DNA of 64,000 nt from Octopus sinensis (taxonomy: Eukaryota): the NCBI RefSeq assembly GCF_006345805.1, contig NC_043017.1, positions 25,048,001-25,112,000 of the forward strand. The letters are read 5' to 3'. Below are positions 53,504-64,000 of the stretch, piece after piece (positions within the stretch are counted from its first letter, which is position 1; every line of letters begins with the position of its first letter). Below the pieces are notes generated by a model that made no database searches, was not told where the DNA came from, and saw only the letters and a list, made by a program, of their open reading frames with translations. The translations under genes and the position numbers were made by a program.

Positions 53504-54360
53504 CATGCATATAAATTCAATATATATGATATGCATATTAAGTATGTACATGTTTGTGTGTATGACTGTAGATATGTATGTATGTATGTATATATATATG
53601 TATATATATATGTATGTATATGTATATGTGTATATATATATGTATGTATATGTATATGTGTATATATATATATATGTATATGTATATGTGTATATATATA
53701 TCATCATCATTGTTTAACGTCCGTTTTCCGATGATGATGATGATATATATACACATATACATATACATACACATATATATACACATACATATACATACAC
53801 ATATATACATATATATGTATATGTATATATATATATACATATATAGTGTATGATTAATGTGATATACATATTATTCTCATTCATAAATTATCATTTTGTG
53901 AACTTGAACAAAGCTTATTCAAAATAGCATATTTCTTTCAAAAATATTTCATGTTTAACTCTTGTCACTCTTTAATCTTTTTTTTTTTAACCTTGTGAAT
54001 CAATTATATGCATTATCAATAATCTAATACAATACAACTTTTAGCCATTTGCTTTGTTTTTGTTTGTTTTTTGTTTTTTTTCTCCCCCTCATTGTTTGTT
54101 TAATCAAGTATTCTATTGTTCTTAGCCCCCCAACAAAAAAAACATTTTATCATTTATGTTATCCAGTTTAAATTGAAAATGCCTTATTTAAAAGAAAATT
54201 TTAAAAAATAAAAAAAAAACAAACAAAATATATAGACTTCTTTCATTTACTTATTTATTTACTTATTTATTTTTGTAGTATTGTTTGTCATTTAAAGTTG
54301 TGTAATGATGATGATGATGGTGATGGTGGTGGTAATAAACGATACTAAAATAGGACAGTG
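50068..54360 (+). other. Probable long 3' UTR (end uncertain)
   Basis: Follows the stop codon; U/A-rich, nearly free of transposons; several AATAAA (about 51315, 51427, 53281, 54207). Confidence 0.4.
50440..51015. repeat. Tandem duplication, period 289 bp, in the putative 3' UTR
   Basis: tgacataacattgatattac at 50445 and 50734. Confidence 0.9.
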
Positions 54361-54488
54361 AGTTCTGTTAAAAAGAATATGAACTTTCCCTAGCTATGTC
54401 TCTTATTGCATCTGTTCTTATATCAAGATTTAATATATGTATGAATGCATTAAATATATACATATGTGTGTATATCATATGCATATAT

Positions 54489-54870
54489 AGGCGCAGGAGT
54501 GGCTGTGTGGTAAGTAGCTTGCTAACCAACCACATGGTTCCAGGTTCAGTCCCACTGCGTGGCATCTTGGGCAAGTGCCTTCTGCTATAGCGTCGGGCCG
54601 ACCAAAGCCTTGTGAGTGGATTTGGTAGATGGAAACTGAAAGAAGCCTGTCGTATATAAGTATATATATGTATATATGTGTATGTGTGTGTGTTTGTCCC
54701 CCTAGCATTGCTTGACAACCGATGGTGGTGTGTTTACGTCAAAAGAGACCGATAGAATAAGTACTGGGCTTACAAAAGAATAAGTCCCGGGGTCAATTTG
54801 CTCGACTAAAGGCGGTGCTCCAGCATGGCCGCAGTCAAATGACTGATACAAGTAAAAGAGTAAAAGAGGG
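54489..54870 (+). mobile_element. SINE family B
   Basis: Full-length head and tail; older copies at about 6830-7160, 25305-25695, 33590-34370, 45275-45430 and 60050-60275. Confidence 0.85.
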
Positions 54871-54972
54871 TAAAGAGTATATATATAATGTATTTTATAT
54901 GTGTGTATATATATATATATATCTGAACAGTATTCAACTATATAGTGTATGTATATTATATATACATGTATC

Positions 54973-55198
54973 CGAGAGGGTGCTGAAAAGTTTCTGGCTT
55001 TAAGGGTATCACGAAAGGCCCGGTTGGAGGCCCAACCTTCTTTTACAGGAGTTCTTTTACAGGGCTTAAGAAAAACCGAAGGACTGTTGCAATAAGTGTG
55101 TGAATCTGAGGTGGGGAATATGTTGAATAAAATCATACTTAACTGATCCTCCTGAATTTTCTTTTACTCAAAGCCAGGAACTTTTCAGCACCCTGTCA
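54973..55198 (+). mobile_element. Mariner MITE, same family as 37211-37425
   Basis: TIR gggtgctgaaaagtt / aacttttcagcaccc, shared interior. Confidence 0.85.
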
Positions 55199-55202
55199 TA
55201 TA

Positions 55203-55358
55203 GTGTGTGTGTGTGTGTATATGTATATATGTGTATGAATGTATGTATGTATGTATGTATGATTGTATGTGTGTATGTATGTATGTGTAAATGTATGTGT
55301 GTATGTATGTATGAATGTATGTATATATATGTATGTATGTATATATATGTATGTATAA

Positions 55359-55392
<34 letters not shown>

Positions 55393-55579
55393 ATGTATGT
55401 TATATATATATATACATATATGTATGTTGTATATATATGTGTATGTATTTATATATATATATGTATGTGTATATATATATATATATATATATTTTGTATG
55501 TATGTATGTGTATAATATAATATATATATTATATGTATGTATGTATGTGTTATGATATATATATGTATGTATGTATGTG

Positions 55580-55610
<31 letters not shown>

Positions 55611-55643
55611 GTATAGATATATATATATATATATGTATGTGTG

Positions 55644-55674
<31 letters not shown>

Positions 55675-55917
55675 GTGTGTTATATATATATATATGTATG
55701 TATGTGTGTGTATATATATATATATATGTATGTATGTGTGGTGTAATATATATATATATATTATATGTATGTATGTGTATATATATATATATATATGTAT
55801 GTATGTGTGTATATATATATATATTATATATATGTATATATATATTATATGTATGTAGGGTATCTATATATATATATATGTATGTATGTTATATATATAT
55901 ATATATATGTATGTATC

Positions 55918-55951
<34 letters not shown>

Positions 55952-56078
55952 AATATATATATATATAGTATGTATGTGTCTATATATATATATATGGTAT
56001 GTAGTGTGTATATATATATATATGTATGTATGTGTATATATATATATATGTATGTATGTGTATATATTATATATGTAT

Positions 56079-56111
<33 letters not shown>

Positions 56112-56121
56112 GATGTATGTG

Positions 56122-56152
<31 letters not shown>

Positions 56153-56262
56153 GTATATATAATATTATATATTATATATGTAGTAGTGTGTATATATATA
56201 TATATGTATGGATGTGTATATATATATATATGTATGTATGTGTATATATATATATAGTGTTG

Positions 56263-56303
<41 letters not shown>

Positions 56304-56599
56304 GTATATAAAGATATATATATGTATGTATGTGTATATATATATATATAGATATGTATGTATGTGTATATATATATTATATATGTATGTATGTGTTAAT
56401 ATATATATGTGTATGTATGTGTATATATATATAATTATAATATATATATGTATTTGTATATTATATATTATATATTAATATATATATATAATTATGTATG
56501 TGTATAATATATATATTATGTATGTATGTATGGTGTATATATATATATAAGATGTATGTATGTATGTGTAATATATTATTATATATATGTATGTATGTG

Positions 56600-56630
<31 letters not shown>

Positions 56631-56700
56631 GTATATATATATATATGTATTATGGTATAGATATATATATATATATGTATGTGTATATATATATATATAT
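55203..56700. repeat. 1.5-kb compound (TA)n/(TATG)n/(TG)n microsatellite
   Basis: Direct reading; similar tracts at 2540-2990, 25010-25300 and 29940-30570. Confidence 0.95.
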
Positions 56701-57300
56701 TTAGAGAGAAAAAGTAAGCAAGGCAAAATAATTCAGAATGGCCAGTGGCAAGTATACGAACAACTAAGACAAGGGTTTTACTAAATAGCATGCAAGATAG
56801 ATTCTTGATGTATTGATATTCTCTCTGCTTCCTGAGAAGGTAGAAAATTGCTCAGTGGTACATGGCACATTCTACAAGTAAGAAGGGGAAGTAATCCCAA
56901 GTATCAAAAACATGCTGTTAACAAAGCCTGTAGACTTGATGACAGTTACGGCATGTGTTCCTGCCCCAGTAGTCATCATCAGCACAGCATTTGTCATGCC
57001 TTGTCTTCAGTAGATGGGATTTTTAGAGGTGTGTGTCTGTGTGTGCAGATATATACAGATATATGTATTTATACATTTATCGTGTGTGTGTGTGTGTGTG
57101 TGTATACAGACACACTTGAATGTATGTATGTGTATGTATATATGGCGCAAATATTTCAGGAGAAAATATTTGCAAAGATATTATTCACTATTATTATCTA
57201 GTGTAACAATTAAAAATGGTAATAACAGAATCAATAATATAGGTAATTGTAGGCCCCCAAAAAGCATTAAATAGCTATATATAATATATATAATATATAT

Positions 57301-57331
<31 letters not shown>

Positions 57332-58072
57332 GTGCGTGTTTGTATATATGTGTGTGTATATAATATCAGATTGGAGCCTTGTGCAGCTTGCCTGTCCTCA
57401 GGCAAACCATCCAACCCATACCAGCATGGAAAGCAGACACTAAACGATGACAATGATGATGATATGTATGTGTGTGTGTGTGTGTATATATATATACACA
57501 TATACACAGTTGTATGTAAAGGTACATGCTTGTGTGTCTGTGCAAGGATATATATGCATTTATGTACAACACATGACCTCAATGATTTGCATTTATCATG
57601 AAAATGAGCTAAGACGACTTGTTTGTATATATGTATGTAAGCGTGTGTATACATATACATAAGTATATAATGTGCATATGTACATATGTTAAATATATAT
57701 ATTTATGTATATGCACATGTGTACAAACACACATACACACACACACACATATATATGAGTATATATATATGTATATCTAAACATGTGTATATATTTATAT
57801 ATATGATGTATGTATGTGCATAATTTGTGCAAGAGCCTTGTCATTTACCTCCTGTATTGTTTGTTACAAAACTTTACGTCACATTTTTGTAACCTGATCG
57901 TGTTTGTGACCAGGCAGCAAAGATAGCAAACGTTTTGCGTTTCAGGATGATTAAAATGACTTTGCCTTCATGGAAATTGTTTTGGTTTTACCACACAATC
58001 TCAGAGGAAGTGACTGGCTGAAAATGTACAGCTCTGAAGTCTGCATGCTAATATACATACAGATATATATAC

Positions 58073-58105
<33 letters not shown>

Positions 58106-58999
58106 CTATATATATATAATGTATATATAGTATATATTTGTGTGTGTACATATATAACATATAATAATGTATATATATATTTGTGTGTGTACATATATAC
58201 ATATATATAATGTATATATATATTTGTGTGTGTACATATATATATATATATATATATTTGTATGTGCATATAGCTTTGAGAATGTGTATATATTCATACT
58301 TAAATGCACACACACACACACATATATATATTTCAAAATACATATGCTTCGAGCTACTATCATTTGGCAATTTAGCATTCCTGCATATACATACATATAT
58401 ATATGTATTTCATCATATATATATTATATATATATATATATAATCTTTAAATAATTTTTAAAAACTTCTTTTTGTCTTTCTCTTTGCAATCTTTTAAAAT
58501 TCTATTTTCTTATTACCACTTTCTCTTTCAGAAACTTTGTCTTTTTCTTTCTCTCTCTCTCTCTGTCTCTCTCTGTCTGTCTCTGTCTGTCTCTCTCTCT
58601 GAAATTAAAAATAATTATAAAAAAATTACTCGTCCTACTCTAACAACAACTACCACAAAAACTGTTAATTACTTTGGCTGAAACAATCAGATTTTCTTTT
58701 TTTTTCCCATTAAATTTTCCTTTCAGAATTTCTATCTTTTCTACAATATCTGTTTTTGGTCTTATTACAACTCTCCAAGCCATTTCAGCGAATTATGCGT
58801 TTGATATCATTATTATTACTTCTTAACTATAATGAACCTTCATTTTTTTTTTCTTCTTCCTTAAATGTTATTTATTTGTCACTTTTTTGTCCTCTTCTCT
58901 CTCTATCTCTCTCTCATTTGTCTCCAAAATATCATCTAATTAATTTATTTATACATTGTGTTGGCATTTGTACATTTTTTACTCTATAAATTCTTTAGA

Positions 59000-59039
<40 letters not shown>

Positions 59040-59048
59040 TTTGACGAC

Positions 59049-59087
<39 letters not shown>

Positions 59088-60287
59088 TACTACTACTACA
59101 ACTACTATTACCACTACTACTAATATTTCTTATTTCTTACCCTTGAATGAAATAATTATGAGCAGGTTATTATTATTATTATCATTTTTATTTTTATTAT
59201 TATAGATGTTAAAATAAAATGGTTTTCATATAAAGTATTTGACATGTACCGTTTGTTTTCTTGTTTTAAATAACAAATTTGACGAATCAATTCATAATTT
59301 CTGGAGTCCCTCTTCTTCTATGCTTTGTGTCCCAACCCCATCCATATTACATGGTAACCCTTACAATGATATTTTCTTTGTTGTTTTTTTTTTGGGTTTT
59401 TTTGTTACAATTCACTGTTAAATACTGCCCTATTTTCAGTTACCCTATCTGTATGTGTGTATAAATATGAATTTCCTTAGTAAGCAAAAAAAAAAACAAA
59501 AAAAAAAACACAAAACAAAACAAAACAAAACAAAACAAAAAAAAAGAGTTGTATGTATATTCAGTGCTGTTTTTTCTTATTCTTTAATTTCATATTCATA
59601 CTTTCATTCCCACCAAATATTATGAAAATATTATTACCTCCCTTATATTAACTGATTAACTGTCTGCTACAGGATGCCAACTGTCTGTGATTGTGTGTGA
59701 GTGTATGTATGTGCGTGTGTGTGTGTATTTATATATATATATCTGAGACCCTCTTCGGTCACGATACTTACCATGGGATTGCACCTAGAAAGTTACCCTC
59801 CCAGGCACAAATGTGGGCAAGGTTGTTTATGGAAGACCAGCAGTTGCCAATGCATACTGGCCTCCCCTCTCCATGCCACCAGTGCTATCCAAGGGAAAGA
59901 CAAAGGCCGATACAGCTTGGCGCCTGTGACATTGTAACTCATTTCTACAGCTGGGTGAACTGGAGCAACGTGAAATATAGTGTCTTGCTCAAGAAGACAA
60001 CATGCAGGCCGATCTGGGATTCGAGCTCACAACTTTACTTTTCGGGAACATAAACACACCAACATCAGTTGTCAAGCAATGGTGAGGAGACAAACACACA
60101 AACACACACACACACACACATATATATATATGATGGGCTTCTTTCAGTTTCTGTCTACTAAATCCACTCACAAGGCACGGTAGAAGACACTTGTCCAAGG
60201 TACTATGCAGTGGGACTGAACCTGGAACCATGTAGTTGGGAAGCAAGTTTCTTACCACACAGCCATGCCTGCACCTATGCACACACT

Positions 60288-60322
<35 letters not shown>

Positions 60323-60654
60323 TATATGTGTGGTGTGTGTGTGTGTGTGCGCATGGCATAGATAGGATAAAAATCCTTCCTGAGCCTCATAGAACTGGTT
60401 TCCATGGTGTGTATATTTCCTCCCTAGATAAGACACTGGTCTGTTGCAGGATTGCTCTCTTTTGAGTGCACTGGAGCAACATGAAACGGAGACACAATGT
60501 GTTGCCTGGTCAAGGAATCGAAACCACAAACTTAACAATCACGAGTCCAACGCCCATAACCACTAAGCCATGTACCGCCACAGCCTGGGCTAGACAAAAA
60601 TATTACTGAGACATTGTTTTACGGTCTGATGCTCTTCCCATCATTAACCCTTAA

Positions 60655-61070
60655 CTCTCTTTACTTTTTTACTTGTTTCAGTCATTTGACTGTGGCCATG
60701 CTGGAGCACCGCCTTTAGTCGACCAAATCGACCCCGGGACTTATTCTTTGTAAGCCCAGTACTTATTTTATCGGTCTCTTTTGCCGAACCGCTAAGTGAC
60801 GGGGACGTAAACACACCAGCATCGGTTGTCAAGCAATGCTAGAGGGACAAACGCAGACATACAAACATATACACACACACTTATATATATATATATACAT
60901 ATATACGACAGGCTTCTTTCAGTTTCTGTCTACCAAATCCACCCACAAGGCATTGGTCGGCCCGGGGCTATGGCAGAAGACACTTGCCCAAGATGCCACG
61001 CAGTGGAACTGAACCCGGAACCATGTGGTTGGTTAGCAAGCTACTTACCACACAGCCACTCCTGCGCCTA
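60655..61070 (-). mobile_element. SINE family B
   Basis: Full length, young. Confidence 0.85.
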
Positions 61071-61834
61071 TGTTTTTTTTTTTTTCCAAGTGTAGACTCT
61101 CCTATTCCACATGTTGTCAAAGGTGTAATGTGAGTGACTGATTGGTAGGAGAAGGACATCACCACTTGTAATTCAGTGATTTTTGAAGAAATAATAACAG
61201 CAAGGAAGGTGTTTGTACTCAGATCAAATCACTTGCTATGCGAGTACATTTCCGTAATAACAGCAAGTATTTCCATATAGTTCAAAACCTTGCATTCTGT
61301 TAGCTGTGTTGCACATCACAACTCCCAAACATTCTCAAGTCTTTCACAGCCCATTCATAATGGTGTATTTCTCAGCGTTTCTCTCATTAATTGCAGGGAT
61401 TGTTTCCAGTGACAGACAGTAATGATCTGCTTCCTGTCATTAGATGGTAGTTCTGTGATCTTTCCTTTATCTCTTGACCCAATTTCTCAGGCACTGCTGG
61501 TCCCCTTTCAGTTTGTTTTGATGTAGCATTTTATGTATGGGGTTTAATGCTAATCCTCACTGAATTCTCTTCTTATTTTATGATACAAAGCTTCCTCTTT
61601 GTAACCCTTTTGATACCAACCTGCCTGAGAATGGCTTTGGTTCTATGATAGAAGCTTCCTGATTTAAAATGATCTAACCAGTGTTTCTTAACCATTTTTT
61701 ACCCATGGGCCTCTTTGATTTCTAATTTACTTGGATGAACCCTCATAACCATTTGATGGTTAAAAAATTTTATTATATTTTCATAATTAATATTATTAGG
61801 AATTATATTAAAAATTTGGTAAAATATTTCACAT

Positions 61835-62240
61835 AGGCACAGGAGTAAGTAGCTTGCTTGCCAACCACATAGTTCCAGGTTCAGTCCCACTGCATGGCAC
61901 CTTGGGCATGTGTCTTCTACTATAGCCTTGGCCTGACCAAAGCCTTGTGAGTGGATTTAGCAGATGGAAACTGAAAGAAGCCTATCGTATAAATGTATAT
62001 GTATATATATATGTGTGTGTTTGTGTGTCTGTGTTTGTCCCCCTCCCCCCAACATCACTTGACAACCGATGGTGGTTTGTTTACGTGCCCCGTAACTTAG
62101 CAGTTCGGCAAAGAGAGACCAATAGAATAAGTACTAGGCCTACAAAGAATAAGTCCTGGGGGCGATTTCCTTGACTAAAGGCGGTTCTCCATCATGGCCG
62201 CAGTCAAATGACTGAAACAAGTAAAAGAGTAAAGAGTAAG
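61835..62240 (+). mobile_element. SINE family B
   Basis: Full length. Confidence 0.85.
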
Positions 62241-62635
62241 AGTATTCATCATTTAACATCCATTGCCCATACTAGCATGAGTTGAACGGTTTGATCAGAG
62301 CTGGCAAGGTGGAAGGGGACACCAGACTCCAGTCTGATTTAGCTTGGTTTCTTCTGCTGGATGCTCTTCCTAATGCCAACCACTCCGAGAGAGTAATCGG
62401 TGCTTTTACGTGCCACTGACACAGTTCCATTTGCATGACACCAGTATCTGCCACAACTACAATTTTGCTCGGCTTGACGGGTCTTCTTCCCAAGCATGAC
62501 ATAATGCCAAAGGTTTTGGTCATTGCCGTCATGGGGCCCAACACTTGAGAGGAGCTTTTCATGTGCTGCTGGCATCAGGTACCTTGCCTCTTTGAGGCCC
62601 AACTCTCAAAAGGTGCTTTTTTTTGTAGAAGTATT

Positions 62636-63030
62636 GTGGAAGTGGCTGTGTTGTAAGTAGCTTGCTTACGAACCACATGGTTCTGGGTTCAGTCCCACTG
62701 CGTGGCACCTTGGGCAAGTGTCTTCTACTATAGCCTCAGGCCGACCAAAGCCTTGTGAGTGGATTTGGTAGACGGAAACTGAAAGAAGCCCATCGTATAT
62801 ATGTATGTGTATGTGTATATATTTGTGTGTCTGTGTTTGTCCCCCCAACATCGCTTGACAATCGATGCTGGTGTGTTTACGTCCCTGTAACTTAGCGGTT
62901 CAGCAAAACAGACCGATAGAATAAGTACTAGGCTTACAAAGAATAAGTCCTGGGGGCGATTTGCTCGACTAAAAGGTGGTGCTCCAGCATGGCCACAGTC
63001 AAATGACTGAAACAAGTAAAAGAGTAAAGA
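62636..63030 (+). mobile_element. SINE family B
   Basis: Full length. Confidence 0.85.
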
Positions 63031-63404
63031 GTAATTTATTGCAGATAAATTTGAACAACAAAAGCTTATATAGATCCCCCTCCCCCGGGTCATATGGGCC
63101 ACAGTTGAGAACCACTGGTCTGAATTAAAACCTTGTGATTAAATTCCATGTTAATTTATGTTTTAAACACTAATAACGATAAAGTTATTTTACTGAGTGA
63201 TAAAATTAATAGTTTATTTGAGATATGGGGTATTTGAAAGAAATAATTGTACAGGATTTCACATAAAAGTCATGTAAGTGTTGGCTTTTTGTTAAGTTAA
63301 AGGGACAAAAACATTAATAAAAAGGGTGTAGCTAAGAAAACTGCTAGTCTTTAGTAATATTTCAAATAAGGAAGGATAGTGGTAGGCAGAATTGGTAGAG
63401 CAAA

Positions 63405-63635
63405 AGGCTGCGAGCTGGCAGAAACGTTAGCACACTGGGCGAAATGCTTAGCAGTATTTCATCTGCCATTATGTTCTGAGTTCAAATTCTGCCGAGGTTG
63501 ACTTTGCCTTTCATCCTTTCGGGGTCGATAAGTTAAGTACCAGTTACACACTGGGGTCGTTGTAATCGATTTGATCCCTTTGTCTGTCCTTGTTTGTCTC
63601 CTCTATGTTTAGCCCCTTGTGAGCAATAAAGAAAT
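63405..63635 (+). mobile_element. SINE family A with target duplication
   Basis: Full length; agaattggtagagcaaa on both sides (63388 and 63645). Confidence 0.85.
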
Positions 63636-63739
63636 AAAAAAATAAGAATTGGTAGAGCAAAGGGCATAATTTTAGCTTTAGCTTTAGGTCTTCTTGTACT
63701 GCTCTGAGTATTGGTTAGCTACTACTTTTGCATATCCAT

Positions 63740-63960
63740 TCCACATAATGCTCTCTGTCTTCAGATCATCTTGAGATGTCCACAGCCAAGTGATCCTTGA
63801 CCTGCCCATTTTACGCCTACCAACAGGTGGTACCTATTGCATGACTATTTTTGAGTGCCATTGGTTGTCTAGATGGAGAGTGTGGCTAGCCAGGTAGAAT
63901 CAGTGCTCTGCTAGATTATTTTATGCGCAAATCCATTGTCTCCCGAGACAAAAAGAATGC
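63740..63960 (-). pseudogene. RTE-like LINE C-terminal relic
   Basis: Minus translation LASHTL...VPPVGRRKMGRSRITW..TSQDDL. Confidence 0.5.
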
Positions 63961-64000
63961 CAACAACAATATATATATATACACACATTATATATATTAT

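Larger units (their letters stand above)
61679..63117. mobile_element. hAT-like MITE split by nested SINEs
   Basis: Ends cagtgtttcttaac / gttgagaaccactg; left part is the reverse complement of the element at about 33065-33310. Confidence 0.55.

Overview
AT-rich, microsatellite-laden eukaryotic DNA. The SINE families and (TA)n/(TATG)n load point to an Octopus genome (recognition, not a database hit). Almost all ORFs in the supplied track are microsatellite or repeat artefacts. The window holds the 3' end of one + strand spliced gene: an internal exon at 812-959, a phase-matched terminal exon at 49859-50067 and a probable long 3' UTR. The protein tail is not recognised. The ~49 kb between these exons contains a series of candidate cassette and micro-exons (8-110 nt) whose phases combine into open reading frames. 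The same interval contains Penelope-type remnants carrying minimal type I hammerhead ribozymes, two of them as near-perfect 212-249 bp foldbacks. It also has further long inverted repeats (potential ADAR substrates), three SINE families, RTE LINE fragments, mariner, TTAA (piggyBac-type), Merlin-like and hAT-like MITEs, minisatellites and two tandem duplications. Exon calls rest on splice signals and reading frame only and need RNA evidence.
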